Part shown: positions 43,924 to 59,627 of the stretch, in pieces | How the letters are laid out: each line of letters opens with the position of its first letter | How positions within the stretch are numbered: the first letter of the stretch is position 1 | From: Marsupella aquatica | Lineage: Eukaryota; Plantae; Marchantiophyta | DNA length: 64,000 nt | Assembly (NCBI GenBank): GCA_973895155.1 | Contig: OZ316895.1 | Location: forward strand, 23,892,281-23,956,280 | Direction: 5' to 3' | The notes under the pieces: model-generated | Database searches by the model: none | The model's input: the letters and a program-made list of their open reading frames with translations, nothing else | Told to the model about the DNA's origin: nothing | Translations under genes and position numbers: made by a program

Positions 43924-46900
43924 ATGACGGAACCCAAGAATACAGGAGAGAGCGAACAAGGGGCTTCACCAGTGGGTCGTGTTTATCGGCGTCACTCAGC
44001 AGGAGGTTCAGACGAGCTTAAATTACAACGAACTAGGAGCTCTAGGAGAAGTTCATTATCACAAGGCCTGAGAGAAGGTGGCCACATAGTAGCGTCAGCT
44101 GTTGGCGGGGCTGTTGGGGCTGTTGGAGCCTTCTTCAAAGATAGTAGGTGAGTTCATGTATAAATTTTCTGTACTATACGCCCCTTGGACATTCGTGATG
44201 TTTGTCCACTTTTCAATACCTGAATGTGCTGCAAATGAGAAACATTTGTTTTTCTTAAATTCACTAGTTCATTGAAAAATCTAGAACCAACTTGTTCATA
44301 CTGGGAGAGAGGACGATGGAAGGAGGGATTTCCCTCGTTCCTGCAGTTTTGCTAATACCAAGGAATCATTATGTATCGTAAAAGGATGATGAGACAAAAA
44401 ATCGGTCAGGATTTACCATGTTTCTCGAGAATCGAGCATTGGCAACTATGTAGGACGAAGAACTTGCGCTGATGCCTAAGCCACAGGCAGTGCGCTAGTT
44501 AGTATAAACCAATGAGCAACAATTAACAAGAGCATGCACATCGGTGTTTGATAGGGGTGAACTGCTTGACCCTGAGGATGATCCTGAGTTTGTCCGAACC
44601 CAGCCAACATGGGAAGATGATCTGAACAAATACCTGCCTGAAAGTCAATCTTATACGCAGCCATGGAATGCAAATCCATCATCAGCCGTTGGTCCATCAA
44701 CATCCAGACAGCCTGTTGCTTCCGGATTCGAGAATGTCGCCTCCACCTCAGCAAAACCTCCAATGATCCCCTCTCAAGGAACAGGCAATGCGGTATTGAA
44801 CTTGCTGTTAGGAGTCAGTTCCAAACAGCCACAAAGCCTAGCAGCATATCGATGGCACAAAGCATATCAATTCGTCAAAAGGCAAAATGTACGCATGCCC
44901 TTCTCCTATGATCTATATGCAACACAATTTCTGCATTAAAAAGTGAGAAGAACCTTTCTCTTTTAAAGCACTACTTCTACTAGTCACACAATCTCTTCTT
45001 GAAGCAAGCCGTTCATAATAGTATAAACAAAACATTCCTTTTGTTAAAGAGACAGAGTTCGTGAGTTTAGCATGTTGGAATTGGTTGCAGGCGATGAGAA
45101 GGAAAGCCATGAGCAGTCCACTAGGTACTGGAGCAAAATTAGATGGGCTTGCTTTTGGAATGATCCCCACGGATGATGAAAACAGACAAAGCCTATTTAA
45201 GTTTTGGTACCAATCGTATCCACCAGCAATATACTAAGCCTTCATATACTCCTTTGTGGACACGAATACTTTTGACTAAAGGAGTTTCTTCCCATCGATT
45301 AATGAACTGTGTGCTTGACAAATACATAGTCAATCAGTCCGAGAAGTTATAGATTGCTATGTATTTCTCAAGCATGTTAATTAAGTTTGGTATCAGTGTT
45401 TCAACAAACAGAGGGCTTTTCCTTAAACCTGCGAAACATGTAATTGGTGTATTGAGTGTATATCTCCTTATTAGGAATTCCTGTTTTTCCAGAACTTTAC
45501 TTGTTGACTTCAGCAATTTATGTGCTTCAAGAATCTTTCTTAACATTATATCAGGAATGCGGAGTATTGGCTGGCTTGTCTTATTGCAGGTCATATTCTT
45601 GTACTTATTTTGAAAGCAGAACACAAGTTTGTCACACCATACATACCCCCCAAGAAAGGTCTTAATGGTGCCGACATTGCTCTCACTACATTCTATACGT
45701 AGGGCCCTCAACACCTTCCGAGTTGAATTTCTTTTCTTTGTATGTTTTGACTCAGTGCCCCTTCTGCATGGACTTCCATTTTTAAGTTCTGACAGAACAA
45801 AATCAAACCCAAGGAGAAAAATGGAAGGAATGACGAAATTTAGCATCAGTACTTAGGAACAGAAATCACCGCCTAGCAAAATTAATGAATTTCCTTGTCT
45901 ATCTCACCACATATGTCCACACTCGGTAGCTTGCTTGAGTTGAGGGGTCATTATACGTACTGTATTCTTCGTCTGGCATGTTCATCTTGCCTGAGATTGG
46001 ATAACAACTTGGATACTACTTCCATATCCTCTCCTAAGTCACGTCTCGTTTTCAGAAAGTCAGAGGTTCTCCCCTTTGGCAAGTGCACCAACCTTCTGCC
46101 TGCGGGCGGAAATAAAATAATGTCGCAGAAAAGTCCTATTGACCTCATTTTATTAAGAACCAGGCAAGTTAATGGATGATAATGACTGTTCATCTTGATT
46201 TTATTGCAGATTGGAAATCGTAAGCCGAATCTTTTGCTTGGGATTTTGGCACGAAGGTCCCCACACATATCTGCGTAATCCCTACAACAAGCTAGATCTC
46301 GTCATTGTTGTTGATTCATGGTGAGATTTGTATGCAGCATGTAGCTAAATTTCTATGCATTATGGCAAACTATTATTCGATCTAGGTCATATTCTAAGTG
46401 TTTCAAATCTGAATAATGTCTCCTCTGTTCTGTGGAGAAGTTTTCGAGACTCATAAAATGGACAAACCGGTCCTGATGTATGCGAACTGCAGGGTTCATA
46501 TTGCACGAACGTGTATTCTAGGGAAAGATGCATTTTGCCGTATCGCTATACTTCGAATATTTCGAATATTGCTGTCTATGAGGCACTTCTCTTTCATCGG
46601 GAATGTTCTAGTATGATTCATTTTTCACTTCGCTCCAATTCAAAGTCTTTTCTTTCTCATGTATCAATCGTGCATATTCCTTACAGCTTTTTAGCACCTA
46701 GCCAGGAGCTTGTTGGAATAGCCCACATGCTTGTAAAGAGGCTGAGGAATTTATTATGTCACTGTTTTTGTTTGTCCTTTCTGTTATGACAAGCTCACCC
46801 AAGAAATAGGAGAGAGGAAGTTCTTGTATGTCCGGAAGCATTCATGTTTTCAAAGCAATGAATTCTACTCGAAACAGCAACTGTCTTAGTTTCTGGTCCA

Positions 46901-49900
46901 CATTCTGTATTGTTGTGTATCGTTGCATATAACTTCTTTGCTGATATTTTCCAAGTGTTCTGGGAATCTTGCAGGCTATCATGGACTCCATAGCCAAAAG
47001 TGCCTGGCAATTGAGGACAATATTTGTATTTACCATTATGATAATGTCCTTTTATTCCTTGATGGGTGTGGTCTACTTAGGTGGAGCCCTGCAAAATAGG
47101 TATAGTCTCATAGCATGCATTCATCGTTTGCACTCTTACTTGTACAGCCAAATCTAATGTCCTGCCTACAAATGAGCAAGTTTAACGTATTCTTGCAAGC
47201 ATAATGCATGAAATGAAAAGTCAAAACTAGACTGAAAAATCAGAATCGAGCTTTGATGTGTTTTGTTCATGGCATTGTCGGACGTTGCGTAAACCTAATT
47301 CCTTACCTACATGGAGACGAGAATGTGTCTGCCAGAATAGCACAACTACACCTCAAGAGTGATTCTTTAGAGAGTCTGAGTTGTATTCAGCACAATCTTT
47401 GATCTTGTCAAGGTTTTAACACGGTCAATTACCTGTACAAACTTATTATTGAAACCCTTGCTAAGATGGCATCAACTTACTATCCTGTCAGGTGCATACG
47501 GACCACAGATAATCTTACTTCCTATCCCGAAAGGAATTGCATAGTAAACTTGAATAATCCTTACGGATATTTATGTCCGGATGAACTTGACCAATACTGC
47601 CAGGTAACTTCTACTCAAAGTGATTGAATGTTCTTTGGTGGATGGCTGCAGTTTTCAGTGACCAATTTCTACAGGTTACACATAGATTAAAAATTCAATC
47701 TATGAGCTATCGAGATACAAGATTAGATTGCAATTTATGAAAGAGAGTGGGCACTTAAGTAAGGACAAGTAATATGCTTTAGCCGCGGCTTTATCGACGT
47801 GGTTAAAGGAAGATGTGCTTGAGACTCATACGTTCTTCCATGACGAATTAATTGTTTCCTGTTCATTTAATTCTGTGGATCTACTCCTTGTTTTTCTAAA
47901 CAAGGAACAATTGATTTGTCATGGAAGAATCTAATTCGTTCGATTTACTCCAGCCTGCATATTCTTCTCAAAAAGAAGCAGTGTGATTTGTAGTTGTGTG
48001 CTCTTGCACAGAGGTCACTGAAACCTTTTCATGAAATAGTAACTTGATATGACTCTGAAAATTTTGTGCAGCCTTATATAAATCCTAATTGGGGAATCAG
48101 CAGCTTCGACAACTATGCATCAGGGATGCTAGTACTTTTTCAGGTTAAAATATATTATGTGCATGATACCTCTCGCTATAAAATGAACATTGTGTGTCGC
48201 TCTTTGTACAGACACGTAGTGAGTATAGTAAATGGTGGGTGAATGTAAGATTCCCTATAGAGAGCCTTTGCAGCTGCATTTCTCCGGATGCTTGCAAATT
48301 CCTCAAGAGCAAGTTTCATCACAGAATCAAGATTTGAGGGTTTGCAATTGTTAAAAAATGCAAATGGTAACCTCCTTCCAGCTAAGGTGGCTTCCATCAA
48401 GTGTTGTCGGCACTCACCCTTCTGAAAAACTGACCTGGCTAGTATGGCCATGGCTGTGACCATAAGAACTGGCTACCTGACAGGCTATCAACAACATGAT
48501 CGTTAAGGCTAAGTTGTATTGGTTTATATTTTTGTTTTAGTGGACACAATGCTGTAGAAGCAAACAGTTTTATGCTTAGCAACTCCTTAGGTACATGCAA
48601 GTAAGTGAAACAATTGATTTCACGACAAGCCGGCTTGCGAAAAATTTTGATGAGTTTAATTCATTATTTTGCTTTTGCTTTCTTCCAGATGATGACTTTT
48701 GAAGGATGGTCACTTCAAATGTATAACATGGATGATACGAATGGGTATACAGGTGTGAAATGTCTTTCAAATGTGTACCTACTCTCTTTCAAACATTTGT
48801 AAGCATCAAATTCAAGAACAGATCGAAAGAAGCTATTAGTAAGATATGCTACAGTACATCAGAACAAAATGTAAACTCTCAACGAGTAGCTCTCGAAAAT
48901 TTTGGTAAGAAAACATTCTTGAGGAGATGAGTAATGATCTCCTGTGCGCACCAAAGAGAAGAGAACAGGACGAATTACAGGAAGCCATATATTGGAGGAC
49001 TACAATCATGCTATGTACAGGAAAGATAGACTCTGAGCTTGGAAACCTGTCTTACAGCCTGTGTACATGTCTGGTTTACTAGTCTTGGACCGCACTGCAT
49101 TGGAGTCAAGCTGTGGGTGTGATACAACAATATTTTCAATGGCAAAATTTCTCCCAATTCCACCTCACTAAAAAGTCTGTCAGGTTTGGCAAAACTTTGC
49201 CAGGCTTATTGTCTTCAATTCGCCAGATTCTCACCTTGCCACAGACCCCATTTGTCAGAATCCGACCGTCATCCTTAAATCTGGGGAAATCTAGCGGTCA
49301 GCAATCCATTGAGGGGAATTAGATGAGGTACATAGTGAATACTCTCCTTTGTACAAAGTGACATTCGCCACCTTGGCAAAAAAGAAAAATGTTGAAGACT
49401 ACCCTGGTGTGGTACAGAGTGAACTCTTAGCTTCCTTCATGGGGCATGATTCTGGTTCTATTGTCTTTTACTGGCCTTGTCTTGGAGTAGAGTCCACTTG
49501 TCATGCGAGGTAAAAAAATTGACATAGGAAAGGCATTTTAGTGAAAGGATAAGGTGGACGGGAATTAAGAAAACAAGAACAGCGGAAGTGTAAAGAATCC
49601 AAATAACTATGAGGAAAGTGCGGTTCTGTTCCCCCTTTTTCCAACAACTAAAAGCTATGACATATCAGTGCTCCATAGAGCTCTCTCCATGTGTATGCAA
49701 TTATTGCTAAAATCCTAACAGCTATCAAATGTATCTAATCAGCTAAAGTCCACTCAACATGATAGAATTGGAAAGAGATCAAGAGTAATGTTAAAAATTC
49801 ATGGTTCTCTTTATGTTTTGAAAGAAATGTGAAAATCATGATTGACAGCCCATCTACATTTTGAACTGATCGCATTACACAAGCTGTACGTTTTGGATTA

Positions 49901-52900
49901 ATTTGGTTGTATGAAAATCTTAGTAATTTCTTTCCATTGGTGGTTTTTGCAGATGCATTCTATATGATCTTCTTGGTTATCGGGAGCTATTTTATAGTTA
50001 ATGTGTACATTGCAGCCATAAGTAGTATATTTCTAAGGGTGAGGCATGAGCATCAGGTACATGACATACACTGATTCTGAAACCTAGGCAGTCCTTGTTC
50101 TTTAAGATTACTAGCCCCGATTACCCGTTCTTTGAACGTGAATAGTAGAGAGGACAATAAAGAATTATCAAAATATATGTTCAATTCATATTCTTTGAAG
50201 ATTAATGAAATGATAAAAAAAACCATCATTTTAATAGTCATATATAATATATTATTCTCCTTGATGTGCACAGGCTTTTTGTATGCACATCCATGTTCAA
50301 TGCACATATGTTATGGTGGGGCCATACTACCTATATTTTTTTAATGTAAATATTTAAAAATTATCAACATGTATATACATCATAGTCATGTCATAAGTTT
50401 TTCCCATGTATATGATGACCATGCACATGATGACCAGAGAGTTACGGTCTAGAGGCTTCACTCTAGACCCTAGCTTGTGAAAAGTAGGCTGAAGTTTGCG
50501 CTTTATTAGTAAGATGAATATATACATAGAATCAAGAATTTAAGTTTCCAAACAGGGAAAATAGAAAATCAATTAACCTTGTCTGGTCATGATAATTGTA
50601 CAAGAAGATAACTTTCACATATTTTGAACAATAATATTTAAAGACTTAAACTGATAGACTTCTTGATAAATGTAATTGTTTACTTGTTTCTTGCAATTTT
50701 CATTTCTTAAATTTTGAAAAACATAGACGTCCTCTCATTATAATTGAACTGCATAGTGAAAGCAAAGACAGTCACTAAAAATACCAGAATTTGCCTTAAA
50801 AACAACAAAAACTAGCTGTGAATGGGGTATTGATATTCTTACATCCACCAAGTTGTCTAAAAAGTGAGTTGTTGTGCTATCTTTAAGGATTGTCATATAT
50901 TGTCATGCAGGCTCTACTCAAGAAACACCGGCGAGATAAAGAATTCACTTTTGCAGCTGCAATTGAAATGGCCAACTTATTAAGGGATGTCATTGTTAAC
51001 GATGACAAAACTGTCAAACTCACATGGAGGCAAAGGTTGAGTGTTAATACCTCCATAGGCATAGAAAAATTAACGGCGACCGTCTCTCGACAGGGTACGA
51101 GACTACAAAGGACATTTACAAGGGCAGTAGATTGGAATGATCCAAACTCCTACTTGAAAAGATTAAGTACCTTTGGTGCGACTAGCCATGACACTGTAGA
51201 GTTGGAGGAGGTTGCACAACCACCTGGGTCAAGATCATTTGGACGTTCTCTATCTCGTAACCTCTCTATTGGTGGACAGCATGTTGCTCGATTGAGTCGT
51301 TCTCTCTCTCGCAATATTTCCCTGGGCATGATTTTTGCTGCCAAAACTACGTCTCAAAAGTGTTATCTTATTGTGCAAAGTAAACTCTTCATGTATGCTG
51401 TTCTACTTATGATTAGTCTCAATATGGCGGGTCTCTGCACCTTTCGGGCAAGTATATCTCACATACATAAAGTAAGACTTGGTATCCTTGCCTATGAAAG
51501 TTTGAATTACAATTTAACAGTGGTAAGGAATCAAAATATCAGAAAACCTATATGTCTGAGAAACTTATATGAACCTTGTAGATTACTACCTAGATTGAAT
51601 AAACCATACGCCTCCTAATAAATTGGAAACTAAGGGACAAAGAAAATGAATCAAAGCTCAGTCTAGTTGGTATGTGGTTGCTCCTGTGATTAGTGAGTAT
51701 TTTTTTTCTAAATGAACAGTAGTGCATTGTGAGCTCTACTATAAATTATGAGATAATGCGCTGTTTGAATTTGCATTCTTTTTAGCTGTATTCCTATGGA
51801 CGATGAAGCTAGAGATAGATTTAAAATGGACAATTTAAACATAAAAAGATCCTAGCAATGCAACTATATTTCTGCTGATTTTAAACTGTTCAATTACTAA
51901 TGAATATTTAGTTTTTCTCATCTGATTAAATTGAACAATAAATAGGCAGCTGAAGACTAGCTATTTGTTGATACTCCTTAATTTCTATGCATATTGTCTT
52001 TGTTCAAAGCTGTTGTGTTGGAGTATTATACTGAATTTAGACTGAAGGTACATTAATCAAAACAAATGCTCCTCACTAACAAACATTGTAAACGTGCTCC
52101 CATTTTGCAAAGCAACTGTCTTTCAAGTGGCACATACATTGAGCACTTAGCCCAATCGGATTTGGTGTGAGTGTGGAGTGTAGAGCTGGGTTGCAAGAGA
52201 TTGGACATCTGATTTTGGGCCAATGATGCAGAGAAAGATTCCTTTGTTGCCAGCTGAAAAGTAGCAATTAGTTCAGTCACAGAATTACAGGGTAACCATC
52301 TGAGTGGGGCCTAGAGGTCAGCTTAGTTTGCCAGGGATGACTAGTGTCCTGCAAGTCTTCAAGTTCAATCCCATCAGACAGTTTGGCTACGTACAGAGTC
52401 TGTTCTTGCATGCAATATGAGGTCTATACCACCCCACTTTGGGTGGGTCAAATGTGTTATGTGCCATTTCCCTTATGGTAGTTGTAGAATTAAGCTATAC
52501 CAAAGAAACTATAAACCAGGGGTTTCCCTGCCTGCAAAAGCTAGTTGGGCAGCTCGCTCAATGAAAGGGTGTTTCAAGCTCAAAGGCAATTTCCCTTTCA
52601 GTTAAACTAAGTGTTTTGGGCTCAAATGCGGTCTCCTTTTGAGAAAGGGTATGTTTGGCAGCAAGCATTCATTGTTAGTGACTTACTGGGGTGATCCACT
52701 ACTTTCCTCACTTTGGTATCTACCTCATTGACTCCGGTTGATTTGAGTCTTCTGAGGGGGGGTTTGTTGACTCTGTGGGGTTCTGTAGGCTTTGCCCATC
52801 CCCCCTTCCCCCAGATTTATTTTGCTGGCCCATGGCTCTATGTCTGGGTTTCAGGTGCCAAAAATGAATGTAAAATGTTGACCGTTGGGAAGCCAAATAG

Positions 52901-55900
52901 TTACAAACAATTGAGACAAGTAACCTATCAAGACAATAGCCAGAAAGTGTTATCTAGTTTGTTTCACTTGCCTTTGTCTCGATCTTTTATGTTAGTATAT
53001 TAGAAAACTTAGAGTAAGTAGATCAGTACCCCTACTTTTCATATAGTTATTGGACATAATAGAGATGAGTACAAAAATTGTTTGTGTGAGCTGTGGGGAA
53101 AGTGGCAGATTGTGCATGGAATGGGCGCACAGTGACACCTTTAGGTTGATATCATGGTCAGAAAAAAATGTCACCATTATTCAATGTCCAAGGAGGCTTC
53201 TTGCTAATATGACATTGATAAACAGACAATGAGAAAGAAAGACAAGGGATCTAGCATATATGATAGTGTCTAGATGTATGTATGTTATTTTATTCCTAAA
53301 CCAAAAAACAATTGAAGCAAATACTGAATGAGAACACATTATAATTTCCATGACAAACCTTGACAAAATATTAGAGATATTGGAGATTGGCATGTTGATT
53401 ATATTTTCAGGCGAGATGGCCTTGCGATTCATGGCTGCAGGTTCACTTGCAGGCTTTGTTGATGAAAGTACGTATGTGAGAAAATTTCCTTGATGACAAG
53501 AAAAGTGTTTGCAGTATTGTTGTGGTTGTGTTTTTAGACAAAGTTATCTAGATGAAAAAAATATATTGGGGTTCACTTAACTTCTAGAAATAGGTCACTT
53601 GCATATAACACTCTCTTAGGTAACCCAATCATGCAGATCTTTTAAAAACATCTAGAGTAATACTGACCAAATAATTACTAGAGACCAAAAAAGTGAATAC
53701 AATCAATAATAAGTTATTGATTTTAAAAACCAGGCAAGAAAACATTTTTGAATGTAAACCTGAGCCACCAAGTTGAAGCTTTGATCAGTTGGGTCACAAA
53801 CCTTTGTGAGAAAAAACGGAAGTGCCCATACTATATCCCCCCCAACCGTGTATTATTTAAAGAACTCAAGGAGAACTAGTTTATTTACCAGGGGAGGGAC
53901 AAGAATCCCATCCAGAATAAGGAAAATCTGTCCGCATGTGATCATGAGAAAATGAAACTGCACGGTGCACCACAATGCTATTTCTATGTAAAGTACAATG
54001 TCTGACTTAAATAAATCCCCAAATTGGTGTCATATGAAGTTTTTCCTATCTAGAAATTTATACATGATATTCTACATTTGTGTGTTATGGTTGTTAATCC
54101 CATTGTTAATTCAGTCTGTGCATTGTGTTTATAGGGATGAATATTGTTGATACTGTTGTTATAGTTATCTCCTTTGGTGCCACTGGTTTTGGACCCAGCA
54201 AAAATTATCCAAATATAACTCCAATTCGAATGTTGCGTTGGTTTTATAAGAAGAACAGCCACAATGAAGACCAAGGGGAAGACATATCCATATCGGTATG
54301 CACTGAACTCCGTTTGTCCCATATGTTCTATTTCCAAACAACATAATTGCGCAATTGAAGTAAAAATGCACAAGATTCATGGGTGATTTTTTTAACCAAA
54401 AACTATCTTTGCATAAAGTCTCCAAAATGACAATATGTAGAAGTAGATGGAAGCTTTAGTCCATTGTCAGTGCATGATACTAAAGAGATGTTTATGGAGA
54501 AAAAGTGACTAGCTAGGATCTAGATCCATAATCTGCAGGACACATGTCTCACTCATTAGTGGGGGCATCATTCATTTAATAATGTCAATGGTGCATAAAA
54601 ATAAGACCATTGATACGAGGTGTCACTCGTTGAAATATAGTATGTATTCAAAGACAGAACAATAGTGATCTCGACCATTTTCTACTCTCCATCAATTTGA
54701 ATTAACAACCTTCCAAATGGATTATAATAATGGAGGATTATGCTGCCTACAGTCCAACCATTTCACTCTAATCCATGGTTTAACTATTTTTAGATATATT
54801 TGAGCTACCCAGAGGAAGACTGAAGTACTCATTATTTAGTTAGCTGTAAGTTACCAAGGTGATTTGCATGTGAACATCTTGTTAGACACTACAGTAGCTA
54901 GAATGGCTGTCATAAACAAAGAAAGAGAACAATTTCCTCAAGCCAGGCTACAAAGACAAATGTCACACCTCTATAACTATCACATAAGTGCAAATGAATA
55001 AAGACAATAGTCTCTATAATTGTGTTGTACTGTATGTTTAAAGAGAAAAACGAAATGATAAATACTTAATTAAATCAGCAAGCCAACTTAAACAACTAAT
55101 CTGACTTGCTATCAAAATAGCATTGATGTTCATTTTGTTTGATGTAGGTGGCAATCATACGAAGTTTTGGATCGTTGGCAAGCGTGTTTTTTTTCTTCAC
55201 ACTGGTCATTCTTGTATATTCCATAGTTGGCATGGAACTATGGGGCGGCCAATTCAGCAAATTTGATGATGGCTATCCACGTGCCAACCATGATACTATT
55301 TTCCAAGCTATGCTATTATGGTTTTCAGTGACCACAGCTGAAAGTTGGCCTAATCATATGTGGAACACAATGCGTCCTGGGATGCCATACCAGTTACACT
55401 TCCTAAATTGTCTTCAACTCTTGTGGACCAAGTCTCAGTGGATTCTTCACATAATTTTATGGACTTTAGCATCTGACATAATGTTGGTGTCAATAGTGTT
55501 GTTTCACTTTAAGATGGATATGGTGACCCCAATTGTGACCTTTCTTTAATCATGTTGCACCTCTCATGAATGGCATATATTGCAGTAAATAACTCAAAAA
55601 ATGCATGATGGTTATTGAGGGACAATTGTGTCCATATTATAAGACAAGAGTGCAGGTTGCAAGCATTAATTAGCAGTGACATGGATCATATGATGTGGCA
55701 GGTGGATGGGACCTATCATGTTTATTAGTTACTATATGACATCTACAATAGTTATTCTGAACCTCATCATGGCTGTGATTTTGGAGCAAACTGAGCTGAC
55801 TGACAACCAAAAAAAGTACATACAAAAGGTTTGATACCTCAGAGACAAGAATTATGGACAAAGATAAATTAATATATTTTGTTAAAGTTTGGTGTAACCT

Positions 55901-58900
55901 TTAGACTGGAGATGTCTTTAGTTATGCATCCATCAATTAAACACAGTTTAAATTCACCATACTTAGCATGACCTACTCTGAGTGCGGCCTCATTCCATCA
56001 TTTTGAAAAATTAACATGTTGTAGTGAATGGCTGGCTTCGTTTTGTGATTAAAAATTGCATTGTTCTCAATCTACCAGGATGCCTTGTGTTGTTGGAATA
56101 TGAATCCTAGCTAGGGAAAGAACTTTTGTTATTATTGGCCATATGTTCAATTTTGTAGCATTGTTCAATTTCTTCTGATTGTAATGCATTGTTGTGATCT
56201 GTCTGGGGATGCTAGAGGGATCATATAAAGTGGTTACAATCCAGGCATAGTCATCATGTTTCTACAACAAGGGGTTCAGATTGGCTTCTCGACGCTGTGC
56301 ATGGTGCTCACAAAGGATATAAGGGGGTGAAGAAGAGAATGAGTACCATAAAAGTCTCAAGAATGTCACTTTTCCCAGTGTTTCAGCCAGAAACTGGATA
56401 TGTAAGGATGATCCCTGCTTCACAAGGTGGACCTCCCACTAGTGAGGGTCTTCTTCCCATAACCAACTCTCAAACACCATTAGGAGCAATACCCGAGGCA
56501 AAGCCCCCTACCAGAAGGTATTCTTTTGGATCCCCAACAGCTACTATACCAGGGGCAGTGGCAGACCCCCCAAGCGAGGATAGAACAAAAGCAAGGATTT
56601 TTCGAAGAAGCAGCTTGAGTGCTTTAACTAGTATGGGTTTAATGTCTCCAGGTAGTTCTCATTCACCAATGCATCGAAGACCTAGCCATGATGCTGACAA
56701 GGTGGTTCTAAGAAGTGGTTTTGGCAAAATAAAGCCTGTAGTTGAAGGTGAAAACAGAACTGCATTGCAAACAGCGCTCTTACATGTTGTGGAAGAACAG
56801 AAAGAACTTTCCAAAATAGTGGACCAACAGAAAAGTGAATATGCCCAAGAACTTGCTGCTGTGATAACTCCAGTGCCTGGCGTACCAATTGATCCAAAAT
56901 TGGCAACCCCTAAACTTGGGAAAATGCCATCTAGGAAAGAAAAGGAGACACGTATCTCATTTTCACTGTCTGACTATGAAGCAATTAAACCAATGGGTGA
57001 GAAGAAGGTTCCATGGTGGTTGTCCGAACCCTCTCTCTTTATCTTCAAACCTGATAATAGGTTCCGGATATTTTGCAACAAAGTAGCTGAGAATTCCTAT
57101 TATCTTTATTGGCAATATATACTTATTTGGTTGAGTTTGCTTATTGTTGTGGAGCAAACTGAATTAGGATTTTACGAACTTTGGACAAGTCGGCCACAAA
57201 TTTTGAATAACCTTGACTATGCGCTTTGTGGTGTAAGTTTTCCTTTTTCATTCTCCTTCAAACTGGGTTTCACTCAATTTTCTTTGGGCATCAGTAGGGT
57301 CTTATTCATTCAAAAGTTGATGATGTCTTAGTGATAGTTTAATTCAATGCACTCATCTGTTTAAGAAATTGCTAGATACTTCACCTTGTTTGCTTAAGTC
57401 CGTAGTCAAGTGTTTTACAGATGTAACAATTCATGTGCCTGAAAATGTAAACATCATTGTCAGTTTTTTATGGACCTCAACTCAGCCATAGATCGATGTT
57501 TGTAAGCTGGGTTTGAGGCAGGCTTTGCAGTTACATAATGAAAATAGCATGAGACCATAGGACATGCAACATTTGAAGTTGTTGTGTTTTGAATGGTTAA
57601 ATTTTAACCTTGGGAGCTATGGATATACTGTAGTCTATGTTACTAAGAGACAGGACTGGTGACCCTATCACACATTCATGTGACCTTTTCAAGGATATTG
57701 AAAGAATCCCTATTGATGAAATATGTTGCTGTTTGCACTGCATAATTAAGTCTCTCCAAAACTTCATTGCCTAGATCTTTTGAATTATCAATGAATGCTT
57801 GCTCAAGACCAATAATATCACTTCAAGATTCATATGCAAATAGAACTCATGTCTTAAGTTTAACATTTGAAACTTTCAGTTCCACTTAACTAGCTCAATA
57901 TTTATTTATGAATGAGCTATTTATTTATGTTTCTTGTTATTTTTACTGATCACCTATGTTAGAATGTAATCTTAGAAACGTACTTTTATTGGTGCACAGT
58001 ATTTAGAGTAGTAATATTTATATATATACAAAACTCAACTCAGCTATCACTCAAAAATAATTCCTTCCTTGATAAGAATTATTCACAAATAGGAGAGGTA
58101 CTTAGACTGAGGAGAACTTGTTCATGACTCATAAAGTTATTATTATGGAAGCTAAGTGTTTACATTGTACACATACATTCTGTGAAATTGGGTGTGAAGG
58201 AAAGGAGGGATAAATGAATATTTATGTTATTGCCTGTGCTAGTCTTTACCTTTAATTTAAACTCTGGGATTATCTAAAGAGGAATTAGTAACTTGATTTC
58301 TTGCCCTGGGAATAATGAAGCTTTGATTATAAAACAATGTTCAATACAATTTCTTCCCCAGATGACACAACTTGGCTTGAGCAACACTGAACCAGAGCCA
58401 TGTTCTAAATCCCCAAACAGGTCTTAGCAAGCTTGAACCAAGAGCTTTCTCTTGTTTATTTGTTTGTATCCTATATTGCAGTTTTGCACATTATGAATTT
58501 CTTGATTAAGAGGTCTCTTAACTCATTTGTGCAATTATTGTTGGTTGCAGGCATTTTCCCTAGACTTCTTAATAAAAATTGTTGCTTACGGTTTTCTCTT
58601 TGCACCAGAGGCTTATTTGGGTGATCCATTCAATCTTATAGACCTCTTTTGCCTTATTGTACATCTTTGTAGAGTGCAAACCATAGTAGCGGGACCCTGG
58701 TTCAATATGTTCTTGCTATTATCAATGACACGCCCTGCAAGATTTGTTGTTCGGGCACCTGGTTTGAGGACTTTAACAGTATCAATTTTCCGCACAATGC
58801 CAGCAATCGGCCAGATGCTTGTCTTCACTATTGTTATCTATGCTATCTTTGCTGTTATTGGAATACAGTTGTATGCAAACCGTTTCAGGTATTGCACTGA

Positions 58901-59550
58901 TAGCTCGGTGACAGGTCATTTTGATTGTGTGGGCTACTTCTATAATAATGTCGGGATAATTGCCCCAAGGACATGGAGAAACCCTCCTTTTCATTTTGAC
59001 AATTTTGGTGAAGCAATGTTGTCTTTGTTTGTTCTATCTACATTTGACAACTGGCTCGATCTATTTGCATACACTTCTATGGACATAGCTCATCAGCATG
59101 AATTACAGCCAACGCGAAATGGTAGCCCTGAAAATATCATTTACTTTGTGAGCTTTGTTTGTGTGGGAGGCTTCTTCATTTTACGCATGTTTATTGGTAT
59201 CTTTATAGACCAGTTTGGTATTATCTCGGGATCTAAGTTGCTCACAGAGAGGCAAAAGCTATGGCGAGATACAAACCGTATTGTACAATCTATGAGACCA
59301 ATTCGTCTTCCAAATCAACCCACGGGAATCATCCGAGGATTTTGCTATAGACTGGTTCACTCTAGGAGGTTTGAGCTACTTGTCATATTTGTGGTTCTTG
59401 TCAACTATGGTTACATAGCTTATCAACACTATGGCAGTGAAAGTATACTAGTACATTTTAAGCACGTTATGGACTTCCAGAATGTTGAGACTATGTTTGT
59501 TAGCCTGTACTTGGCGGAAGCCCTTGTCAAGTTTCTAGGTACTGAGGTGC

Positions 59551-59627
<77 letters not shown>

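Noticed and set aside
45334-46268. Minus-strand ORFs of 170 and 105 aa as a nested gene
   Set aside because: They overlap channel exons 45555-45698 and 46210-46320 in antisense and show no motif.
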